The position numbers and the translations under genes are program-made. Shown here in pieces: positions 1 to 7,260 of a stretch of DNA of 12,965 nucleotides. The stretch is from Archangium sp. (GTDB lineage Bacteria > Myxococcota > Myxococcia > Myxococcales > Myxococcaceae), in NCBI GenBank assembly GCA_031367385.1, contig JANLPS010000339.1, positions 1-12,965 on the forward strand, read 5' to 3'. Below the pieces are notes generated by a model that did no database searches, had not been told where the DNA came from, and saw only the letters and a program-made list of their open reading frames with translations. The number at the start of each line of letters is the position of its first letter. The stretch's first letter is position 1.

Positions 1-34
1 CGGAGTGAAGCTCTCTCCGCGCGCACTCGTTTTT
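1..34 (+). terminator. Possible truncated stem-loop/intrinsic terminator of an upstream gene
   Basis: CGGAG (1-5) is complementary to CTCCG (15-19), followed by CGCGC and then a T-run (30-34). The left arm may extend beyond the window edge, so the structure cannot be fully evaluated. Confidence 0.25.
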
Positions 35-62
35 CTGCAAGCCACCGAGCCCCTTTGGAGAG

Positions 63-92
63 TTCACAACCGCATCGCTTTGACGCTAAACG
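63..92 (+). promoter_or_regulatory. Putative sigma70-type promoter for mutM, possibly leaderless
   Basis: TTCACA (63-68), 18-nt spacer, TAAACG (87-92), then 6 nt to the ATG at 99. No Shine-Dalgarno directly upstream of the ATG. Confidence 0.35.
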
Positions 93-98
93 CGGCGC

Positions 99-1016
99 AT
101 GCCTGAGCTCCCAGAAGTCGAATTCGCCCGCCGCTCGCTCGTTCGCTGGTTCGACGGCCGCGCCCTGGTCAACGCCGAGGCTGACAAGAAGGCCCGCACC
201 TTTCGGGGCGCCAAGCCCGCCGACTTCGACTCGCTTCGCGGGGCGCTGCAGAAGGCCGAGCGGCGCGGCAAATACCTGATGCTGACCTTCTCAGACGGCC
301 ACGGCGTGGTCGCCCACCTCGGCATGACCGGCAAGTTCGTCAAGCGGGCCGCGGGCGTGGCCGAGCCCTACAGCCGAGCCAAGCTGTTTTTAGACTCTGG
401 CGAGGTGATTCACTTTCGCGACCCGCGCCTGTTCGGCCGCATCGAGCCGATGCGCAATGACCAGCTGGCCACCAACGCGGTGATCATGGCCCTGGGCGCC
501 GACCCGCTGGTCGACGGGCTGTCGGGCGCACAGCTCAAGGGCCGCGTTGGCCCCTCGAAGCAAGACCTCAAGGTCGCCTTGATGGACCAGAGTCGCGTCG
601 CCGGCCTGGGCAACATTCACGCGGCCGAGGCACTCTACCGGGCCAAACTTCACCCGGCCCGAAAGCCCGGCACCCTGAGCCACGTCGAGTGGGCCGCCCT
701 CGCCAAGGCGATTCACGCGAGCATCGTCTTCGCGCTCAAGACCGAGAGTGGCAACGACGAGATCGTGTACGTCGAAGAGGGCGAAGGCGACAACCCGTTC
801 TTCGTGTACGGCCGCAAGGGCGAGCCCTGCACCAAATGCAAAACGGCCATCGCTCACTTCGATCAGGGCGGGCGCTCGACCTTCTACTGCCCACACTGCC
901 AACCGGCGCCCAAGGGCTTCAAACAACCCAAGGCTGCGCTGACCAAGCGCGCGGTGAAGCAGAAGGCTCCGGTGGCCAAGGCCAAAGCCGGCACCGCCCG
1001 CCGGAGCCGCCGATGA
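99..1016 (+). CDS. mutM: Fpg/Nei-family DNA glycosylase/AP lyase (formamidopyrimidine-DNA glycosylase) with a basic C-terminal tail
   Basis: N-terminal MPELPEVE catalytic motif, RRGKYL, HLGMTG, FRDPRLFG, H2TH motif LMDQSRVAGLGNIHAAEALY, zinc finger CTKC...RSTFYCPHCQ. Confidence 0.95.
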   Translation: MPELPEVEFARRSLVRWFDGRALVNAEADKKARTFRGAKPADFDSLRGALQKAERRGKYLMLTFSDGHGVVAHLGMTGKFVKRAAGVAEPYSRAKLFLDSGEVIHFRDPRLFGRIEPMRNDQLATNAVIMALGADPLVDGLSGAQLKGRVGPSKQDLKVALMDQSRVAGLGNIHAAEALYRAKLHPARKPGTLSHVEWAALAKAIHASIVFALKTESGNDEIVYVEEGEGDNPFFVYGRKGEPCTKCKTAIAHFDQGGRSTFYCPHCQPAPKGFKQPKAALTKRAVKQKAPVAKAKAGTARRSRR

Positions 1017-1441
1017 GCGCGCCAGGGCTCGATCACGTGGCGATCGCGGTGAAGAATCTCGAGGTCGCCATTCGCTACTACGTTGACGTGTTGGGCTTCG
1101 CCGAACCCGAGCTCGAAGAGGTCGCCGACCAACAGGTGCGCACCGCCATCTTCGGTCACGCGACCGGCCGCATCGAGCTCATCTGCCCGACCGGCCCCGA
1201 CACCGCAGTCGCCAAGTTTCTCGAAAAGCGCGGCGAAGGGTTGCACCACATCTGCGTCGAGGTGCCCGACATCGAAGCGGCCTTGCGAGGCCTGAAGGCC
1301 AAGGGCGCGCAGCTGGTCGACCAACACCCGCGCATCGGGGCGGGAGGCGCCAAAATCGCCTTCGTGCACCCCAAAGGCGCGCACGGTGTGCTGACCGAGC
1401 TTCGCGAAGGCATGAAGGCGCCCTCCGCAATCGCTCGTTGA
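1013..1441 (+). CDS. mce: Methylmalonyl-CoA epimerase (VOC/glyoxalase superfamily), 142 aa
   Basis: Start reassigned to ATG 1013, an ATGA overlap with the mutM stop. Motifs DHVAIAV, IELICP, KFLEKRGEGLHHIC, IAFVHPK and GVLTELRE give the His/Glu/His/Glu metal ligands. Confidence 0.88.
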   Translation: MSAPGLDHVAIAVKNLEVAIRYYVDVLGFAEPELEEVADQQVRTAIFGHATGRIELICPTGPDTAVAKFLEKRGEGLHHICVEVPDIEAALRGLKAKGAQLVDQHPRIGAGGAKIAFVHPKGAHGVLTELREGMKAPSAIAR

Positions 1442-1447
1442 AGGCAA

Positions 1448-1463
1448 TGAGGCCCGCGCCTCA
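1448..1463 (+). terminator. Short stem-loop just after mce (weak terminator or 3' stabiliser)
   Basis: TGAGGC-CCGC-GCCTCA perfect 6-bp stem 6 nt after the stop, without an adjacent U-tract. A second inverted repeat, GGCCGT (1474-1479)/ACGGCC (1493-1498), follows. Confidence 0.3.
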
Positions 1464-1552
1464 ACGTGTTGTCGGCCGTTTGTTTTGCTTGGACGGCCCC
1501 TCGATGCGTGGTTTACGTCGCGCGAGTTTTTTTCATTGGAGAACGCCTTCTC

Positions 1553-3415
1553 ATGCGCCGCATTTTCATCACGGTAGTGCTCGCGTTGGCTGCAGTGCCA
1601 GCGCAGGCCCAAGACGGGGGCATGGCGACGATTTCACCGCTGACTCCGACGGCCTCGACCGACGCCGAGGCGATGCGCCGCGATCTGGACGCCGCCCGTC
1701 GCGAGGTCAAAGAGATGCGCGAAGAGATGCGCGCTCAGCTGGCCACGCAGTCGGTCTCGCAGGGGTGGCAAGACGACTGGGTCGACGAGAAGCGCAAGCT
1801 CGAGCTGGTCACCTTCGACGGCTACCTTCGGGTGCGCCCGGAGATGTTCTACAAGTTCGACCTGGGCCGCCCGGTCGACCCCGCCGGCTACTCGCTGTGG
1901 CCCAGCTCGCCGCTCTCGCAGGCCGAGCGCACCAACGCCGGCGTCAACATGCGCTTTCGCTTCGAGCCGACCATCAACGTCTCTGAAGAAGTGCGCATTC
2001 GCGCGCAGATCGACGCGCTCGACAACCTGGTCTGGGGCTCGACGCCCGACTACGCCTTCAGCCGCAACGCCGTCACCGGGTACTGGTACGACCGCAACGA
2101 GTTCTCGGTCTTGTCGAGCTCCCAGTCGCCGCCGCAGGCCGGCATCAACTCCCTGAGCGGGTCGATCAACGTGCGCCGCCTTTGGGGCGAGGTCGCCACC
2201 CCCATCGGCAATCTGAAGTTCGGGCGCATGGGCAGCCACTGGGGCCTGGGCATGATGCACAACGACGGCAACGGCCTCGACAACGACTGGGGCGACACCG
2301 TCGACCGGGTGATGTTCGTCGCCGAGCCGATCAGCGGCTTCTACGTGACCCCGATGCTCGACTTCAACGTCGAGGGCATTCTCTCGCCCAAGCAGCCGGC
2401 GGGCGGGCAGCAGTTCGACCTCTCGAACTCCGACGACTCGCACAGCTTCATTCTGGCGGTCGCGCGCCGCGACACCGACACCGAGCGGCTGGCCAAGCTC
2501 GACAGCAACCAGGCGGTCTTCAACTACGGCTTGCACTTCGAGTACCGGGTGCAGCGCAACGACTCCATCGACTACCTCTCGGCGACCCTCCCGACGGCCG
2601 ATGGGTTGTCGACCGGCACGACTCCTGGCGTGGGCGGCTACGTGCAGCGCGACGCGAAGCTGTTCATGCCCGACCTGTGGGCCAAGGTCGAAAAGAAGAA
2701 CTGGCGCATCGAGGCCGAGTTCGCCTCGGTCTTGGGCTTCATCAACAACCGGGCGCTCTCGGGCGGCGACGCGTCGAACACCGGCAAGAACCAGCGTCTC
2801 GACATCTGGCAGTTCGCGGCAGTGATTCAGGGCGAGTACAAGCTCCTTAATGGAGACCTCGAGCTTGGCGCCGAAGTCGGCTTCGCCTCGGGCGACAAGG
2901 CCCCGGGCTTCGGCAACTACCCCCGCCGCAACCAGAAGCTCAACCCCGATGGCACCCAGGCCGCCGGCGTCATCGACGGGCCCCAGTACAACTGCACCGC
3001 CTCGGGCTGCCTCGACAACACCCTGCGTGCGTTTCGCTTCAACCGCGACTACCGGGTCGACATGATTCTCTACCGCGAGATTCTGGGTGGCATCACCGAC
3101 AGCCTCTACATCAAGCCCCGCGCGAGCTACCGCATCACCACCGGGTTCACCGCCTTCGCGGCGCTGATCTACTCGCGGGCCATCTACGCCGAGTCGACCC
3201 CCGGCACGGTCACCGGAGCGCTCGACCCCAACCTGGGCATCGAGCTGAACGCCGGCGCCCGCTACGAGACCGAAGACGGGTTCTTTGCGCAGGCGCAGTA
3301 CGGCATTCTCTTTCCACTCGGGGGGTTTGCGGCGCGTGACCCGCTCAACCCGGGCGTGAACAAGACCCTCGACTTCGCCCAGGCCGTGCGCGGCACCTTC
3401 GGCATCAAGTTCTGA
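1553..3415 (+). CDS. Secreted outer-membrane beta-barrel protein, TIGR04551-like myxobacterial family, 620 aa
   Basis: Start moved to ATG 1553: GGAGA at 1538-1542 and signal peptide MRRIFITVVLALAAVPAQA. It has an N-terminal heptad helix, porin-like strands (FDGYLRVR, LKFGRMGSHWGLG), and a terminal Phe (GTFGIKF). The family name is recalled from length and motifs, not searched. Confidence 0.75.
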   Translation: MRRIFITVVLALAAVPAQAQDGGMATISPLTPTASTDAEAMRRDLDAARREVKEMREEMRAQLATQSVSQGWQDDWVDEKRKLELVTFDGYLRVRPEMFYKFDLGRPVDPAGYSLWPSSPLSQAERTNAGVNMRFRFEPTINVSEEVRIRAQIDALDNLVWGSTPDYAFSRNAVTGYWYDRNEFSVLSSSQSPPQAGINSLSGSINVRRLWGEVATPIGNLKFGRMGSHWGLGMMHNDGNGLDNDWGDTVDRVMFVAEPISGFYVTPMLDFNVEGILSPKQPAGGQQFDLSNSDDSHSFILAVARRDTDTERLAKLDSNQAVFNYGLHFEYRVQRNDSIDYLSATLPTADGLSTGTTPGVGGYVQRDAKLFMPDLWAKVEKKNWRIEAEFASVLGFINNRALSGGDASNTGKNQRLDIWQFAAVIQGEYKLLNGDLELGAEVGFASGDKAPGFGNYPRRNQKLNPDGTQAAGVIDGPQYNCTASGCLDNTLRAFRFNRDYRVDMILYREILGGITDSLYIKPRASYRITTGFTAFAALIYSRAIYAESTPGTVTGALDPNLGIELNAGARYETEDGFFAQAQYGILFPLGGFAARDPLNPGVNKTLDFAQAVRGTFGIKF

Positions 3416-3426
3416 CCTTGCTCGCC

Positions 3427-3570
3427 ATGCGTGCGCTGATGGCGGTGGTGGTGTTGAGCAGCTGCGGCGTCAAAGGGCCTCCCCGGCCCCCGCTCGACGA
3501 GGTCGCGGCGCCCAGCCCGAGGCCTTCGCCCGTCGGTGGGCTCGATGGCGGGCTTCAACCCAAGCCATGA
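3427..3570 (+). CDS. Small lipoprotein, LptM/YifL/LppL-like, 47 aa (not in ORF track)
   Basis: Hand translation: MRALMAVVVLSSCGVKGPPRPPLDEVAAPSPRPSPVGGLDGGLQPKP*. Lipobox LSSC is followed by GVKGPPRPP, resembling the CGxKGPLxxP signature. It fills the intergenic gap and its stop overlaps the lysA ATG (ATGA, 3567-3570). Confidence 0.8.
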   Translation: MRALMAVVVLSSCGVKGPPRPPLDEVAAPSPRPSPVGGLDGGLQPKP

Positions 3571-4808
3571 ACCACTTCACCGTGCGCGGTGGTGAGCTGC
3601 ATGCCGAAGAGGTGCCGCTTCAGGTCATCGCGCGTGAGGTGGGCACGCCGACCTACGTGTACTCGACGGCCACGCTGACCCGGCACTTGTCGGTGGTGCA
3701 GGCCGCCTTCAGCACGCGGCCCACGCTGGTCTGTTACTCGGTCAAGGCCTGCTCGAACCTGGCGGTGCTCAAGCTGTTCGCCTCGCGCGGAGCCGGCTTC
3801 GACATCGTCTCGGGTGGTGAGCTCTCTCGGGTGCTCTACGTCGCGGGCGACCCGCGCAAGGTGGTCTTCTCAGGAGTCGGGAAGACCGAGGCCGAGATGG
3901 AGGCCGCGCTCACCGCCGGCATCTTGATGTTCAACGTCGAGAGCGCCGAAGAGCTCGAGCTGCTCGACCGAGTGGGCCGCAGGCTCAAGGTGCAGGCGCC
4001 GTTCGCGCTGCGGGTGAACCCAGAGGTCGACGCGAAGACCCACCGCTACATCGCCACCGGCTTGAAGACCTCGAAATTCGGAGTGCCCTTCGACGAGGCC
4101 GCCGCGCTGTACCGCCGCAGCCGCAAGATGAAGGGCCTGTTGGCCCGGGGCCTCGACTGCCACATCGGCTCGCAGCTGACCGACACCCGGCCGTTGAAAC
4201 AAGCCATCTCGAAGGTGGCTGACCTCTACCGCACGCTGCGGGCCCAGGGGTTGCCGCTCACGCACCTCGATGTGGGCGGCGGGTTGGGCGTGACCTATTC
4301 GGTCGAGGCGCCCCCGTCGCTCGAGGCGTACGCGAAGGTGATTCACGACGCGCTGGGCACGCTCGAGGCGACGCTGGTGCTCGAGCCGGGCCGGGTGCTG
4401 GTGGCCAACGCCGGCGTGTTGCTGACCCGGGTGCTCTTTCGCAAGAAGACGCCCGCCCGGCGGTTCGTCATCGTCGACGCGGGCATGAACGATTTGCTGC
4501 GCCCGGCCCTCTATGAGGCGCACCATGAGATTCAGGCGGTCACTAAGCGGCGCGGCAAGTCGGCCACGGTCGATGTGGTCGGCCCGGTCTGCGAGTCGGC
4601 TGACGTGTTGGGCGCTCAGCGCCTCCTGGGGCCGGTTCGCGCAGGAGACCCGCTGGCGATCATGACGGCTGGGGCCTACGGCATGTCGATGGCAAGCACC
4701 TACAATTCACGCCCCCGGGCGGCCGAGGTCTTGGTCGACGGGGCCCAGTTTCGAATCGTTCGCCGACGTGAGACGGTCGGCGACCTGTGGAGAGGTGAAA
4801 GCCCATGA
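3567..4808 (+). CDS. lysA: Diaminopimelate decarboxylase
   Basis: GTPTYVYS, PLP lysine in YSVKACSN, FDIVSGGEL, RVNPEVDAKTHRYIATG...SKFG, HIGSQ, DVGGG, EPGR, GPVCESAD, GAYG, YNSRPR. Confidence 0.96.
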   Translation: MNHFTVRGGELHAEEVPLQVIAREVGTPTYVYSTATLTRHLSVVQAAFSTRPTLVCYSVKACSNLAVLKLFASRGAGFDIVSGGELSRVLYVAGDPRKVVFSGVGKTEAEMEAALTAGILMFNVESAEELELLDRVGRRLKVQAPFALRVNPEVDAKTHRYIATGLKTSKFGVPFDEAAALYRRSRKMKGLLARGLDCHIGSQLTDTRPLKQAISKVADLYRTLRAQGLPLTHLDVGGGLGVTYSVEAPPSLEAYAKVIHDALGTLEATLVLEPGRVLVANAGVLLTRVLFRKKTPARRFVIVDAGMNDLLRPALYEAHHEIQAVTKRRGKSATVDVVGPVCESADVLGAQRLLGPVRAGDPLAIMTAGAYGMSMASTYNSRPRAAEVLVDGAQFRIVRRRETVGDLWRGESP

Positions 4809-5698
4809 GCATCAACATCACGTTGTCGGGTTCGATGACGGCGCTGGCGACCCCGTTTCGCAACGGCGCGCTCGACGAGGCGGCCTTCGAGTGGTTGGTC
4901 AATGACCAGGTGGTCAACGGCACCTCGGTGCTGGTGCCGATGGGTACGACGGGCGAGTCGGTCACCATGAGCCCAGCCGAGCGCGCCCGGGCCATCGAGG
5001 TGTGCATCAAGGCCAACAAGAGCCGCGCCAAGGTCTTCGCCGGCACCGGCAGCAACAACACCGTCGAGGTCATCGAGTCGATGCGGGTGGCCCGCGAGCT
5101 GGGGGCCGACGGCACGCTGGTGGTGACGCCGTATTACAACAAGCCGATGCAGTCGGGCCTGGTCGAGCACTATCGGCTGCTCGCCAAGGCGCACCCCGGG
5201 TTTCCCATCATCGCGTACAACGTGCCGGGCCGAACCGGCGTCGACCTGTTGCCCGAAACGGCCAAGCGGCTGTGCGACATCGCCGAGGTCATCGCGCTCA
5301 AAGAAGCCACCGGCAGCGTGCTGCGCTGCCTCGACGTGTTCGAGCAGTGCGGGCCCAGGCTGACCCTGCTCTCGGGCGACGACTTCGTGGTGGCGCCGTT
5401 TTGTTTCAGCGGAGGCCGCGGGGTCATCTCGGTTTCGTCGAACGTGGTGCCGCGGCTGATGGCCGACCTGGTCGCGGCGGCGCTGAAGGGTGACCACGCC
5501 AAGGCGCTGGCGCTGCAGTTGAAGCTGCAGCCGCTGCACCGGGCACTGTTCTGCGAGTCGAACCCGATACCGGTGAAGATGGCGCTGCACCTGATGGGCA
5601 AATTTCCCAATGAGCTGCGGCCTCCGTTGTTCCCCATGGGTGAGGCGAACGCCGAGCGACTCAAGGTCGAGCTCAAGGCGCTGGGGTTGCTCTCGTGA
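4805..5698 (+). CDS. dapA: 4-hydroxy-tetrahydrodipicolinate synthase
   Basis: TALATPF, GTTGES, GTGSNNT, TPYYNKP, YNVPGRTG, Schiff-base lysine in ALKEATG, LSGDD, GVISVSSNV, ESNPIPVK. ATGA overlap with lysA. Confidence 0.96.
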   Translation: MSINITLSGSMTALATPFRNGALDEAAFEWLVNDQVVNGTSVLVPMGTTGESVTMSPAERARAIEVCIKANKSRAKVFAGTGSNNTVEVIESMRVARELGADGTLVVTPYYNKPMQSGLVEHYRLLAKAHPGFPIIAYNVPGRTGVDLLPETAKRLCDIAEVIALKEATGSVLRCLDVFEQCGPRLTLLSGDDFVVAPFCFSGGRGVISVSSNVVPRLMADLVAAALKGDHAKALALQLKLQPLHRALFCESNPIPVKMALHLMGKFPNELRPPLFPMGEANAERLKVELKALGLLS

Positions 5699-6507
5699 GC
5701 CGACCGGCGGTGACCCGGGTGGTGGTGACCGGCGTGACGGGCCGCATGGGCTCGCTGCTGGTGAAGCTGGTGCGTGGCACGGCGGGGTTCGCGATGGTGG
5801 GTGGCACCGAGCGGGCCGGCACGGCGGCGGTGGGGCTCGACGTGGGGTTGGCGGCGCACGGCGGGCCGATGGAGGTCGTCACCACTTCGTCGCTCGACCA
5901 GGCGCTGACCGGAGCCGACGTGGTCATCGACTTCACGACGCCGGAGGCCTCGCTCGAGCACGCCAGGGTGTGCGCGGCGCGCAAGGTGCCGCTGGTGGTC
6001 GGCTCGACCGGTTTCTCGGCCGAGGCCAAGGCGCAGATGGCCGAGGCGGCCAAGGTCATCCCGTTGGTGATGTCTCCGAACATGTCGGTGGGCGTGAACT
6101 TGATGATCGACCTGGTCGCCGAGCTGGCGAAGCGCCTCGGAGACGGCTTCGACATCGACGTGGTCGAGGCCCACCACCGGCACAAGAAAGACGCGCCGTC
6201 GGGCACTGCGCTGCGGCTGGCCGAGGAGATGGCCAAGGCCACCGGCCGCACCGCCAGCGACCTGCGCACCTCGCGGGTGGGCGTCATCGGCGAGCGGCCC
6301 AAGCGAGAAATCGGCATTCAGAGCCTGCGCGGCGGCGACGTGGTGGGTGAGCACACCGTCTTCTTCTTCGGCGACGGCGAGCGGCTCGAGGTGTCGCACC
6401 GCGCTTCGAACCGCGAGCAGTTCGGCCGGGGCGCACTGCGGGCCGCCAAGTGGGTCGTCGGCCGCGAGCCCGGGTTGTACGACATGTCGCACGTGCTCAA
6501 GGGGTGA
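5695..6507 (+). CDS. dapB: 4-hydroxy-tetrahydrodipicolinate reductase
   Basis: GVTGRMG dinucleotide motif, DVVIDFT, VVGSTG, PNMSVGVN, EAHHRHKKDAPSGTA, RGGDVVGEH, GLYDM. GTG start overlaps the dapA stop. Confidence 0.96.
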   Translation: MSRPAVTRVVVTGVTGRMGSLLVKLVRGTAGFAMVGGTERAGTAAVGLDVGLAAHGGPMEVVTTSSLDQALTGADVVIDFTTPEASLEHARVCAARKVPLVVGSTGFSAEAKAQMAEAAKVIPLVMSPNMSVGVNLMIDLVAELAKRLGDGFDIDVVEAHHRHKKDAPSGTALRLAEEMAKATGRTASDLRTSRVGVIGERPKREIGIQSLRGGDVVGEHTVFFFGDGERLEVSHRASNREQFGRGALRAAKWVVGREPGLYDMSHVLKG

Positions 6508-6510
6508 TGC

Positions 6511-7260
6511 ATGCAACGGTTCGGTCGCATTGAAGGCGGCTCGTATGTCGAAATCATCGGGCAGACGGTGCAGCTCCTCAGCGGCGCTCCCTGGGCTGCC
6601 GGCACCACGCCGACGGGAGTGACCCGGCCGCTCGACCACGTGACCTGGCTTACGCCGAGCGAAGCCTCGAAGGTGGTGTGCATCGGGCAGAACTACGCCA
6701 AGCACGCAGCCGAGATGGGTAAGGCGGTGCCGGTCGAGCCGTTGCTGTTCATCAAGCCGTCGACGGCATTGAACCCGATGGGCGCGGCGATTCGAATTCC
6801 TCCGGCGAGCAGCGAGGTGCACCACGAGGCCGAGCTCGGGCTGGTGATCGGCGCTCGCTTGTCACGGGTGAGCGAAGCCGAGGCCGAGGCGGGCATCTTC
6901 GGGCTGACGTGCATCAACGACGTCACCGCCCGAGACATTCAGAAGCGTGAGATTCAGCACACCCGGGCCAAGAGCTACGACACCTTCGCCTGCTGCGGGC
7001 CGTGGGTGGTGCGGGGCGTCTCGGCGACCGACCTGCGGGTCATCTGCCGGGTCAACGGCGAGGTACGGCAAGACGGGCGAACCAGCGACATGGTGCATGG
7101 CCCGGCCAAGCTGGTGGCGTTCATCTCGCAGATCATGACGCTGCTGCCGGGCGACCTCATCAGCACCGGCACGCCGTCTGGCGTGGGCGCGATACGAAAG
7201 GGTGACGTCGTCGAGGTCGAAGTCGAAGGCATCGCCGTGCTGCGGAACCCGGTCGAGTGA
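6511..7260 (+). CDS. Fumarylacetoacetate hydrolase (FAH/FAHD) family protein
   Basis: SKVVCIGQNYAKHAAE, PLLFIKP, HHEAELGLVIG, NDVTARDIQ, RAKSYDTF, TLLPGDLISTGTPSGVG, LRNPV. Substrate cannot be read from sequence. Confidence 0.92.
   Translation: MQRFGRIEGGSYVEIIGQTVQLLSGAPWAAGTTPTGVTRPLDHVTWLTPSEASKVVCIGQNYAKHAAEMGKAVPVEPLLFIKPSTALNPMGAAIRIPPASSEVHHEAELGLVIGARLSRVSEAEAEAGIFGLTCINDVTARDIQKREIQHTRAKSYDTFACCGPWVVRGVSATDLRVICRVNGEVRQDGRTSDMVHGPAKLVAFISQIMTLLPGDLISTGTPSGVGAIRKGDVVEVEVEGIAVLRNPVE

Noticed and set aside
689..1012. N-terminal 108-aa extension of the mce ORF in the track
   Set aside because: It is an alternative frame inside mutM with Arg-rich shadow composition. The epimerase domain begins at ATG 1013.
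1466..1552. Upstream start for the barrel (649 aa)
   Set aside because: The signal peptide and GGAGA site point to ATG 1553, and the extension covers intergenic repeats and a T-run.
1442..1552. Lysine riboswitch or leader-peptide attenuator
   Set aside because: Too short, no recognisable L-box elements and no Lys-rich leader peptide.
3262..3558. 98-aa minus-strand ORF over the barrel-lysA gap
   Set aside because: The + strand lipoprotein at 3427-3570 explains the gap better, with a lipobox, a family motif and coupling to lysA.
5170..6825. 551-aa antisense ORF, plus similar ones at 1634-2536, 3870-4526, 4700-5590, 6975-7847 and 10425-11231
   Set aside because: They lie opposite well-supported genes, have no motifs, and are the expected result of stop-codon scarcity in high-GC coding DNA.
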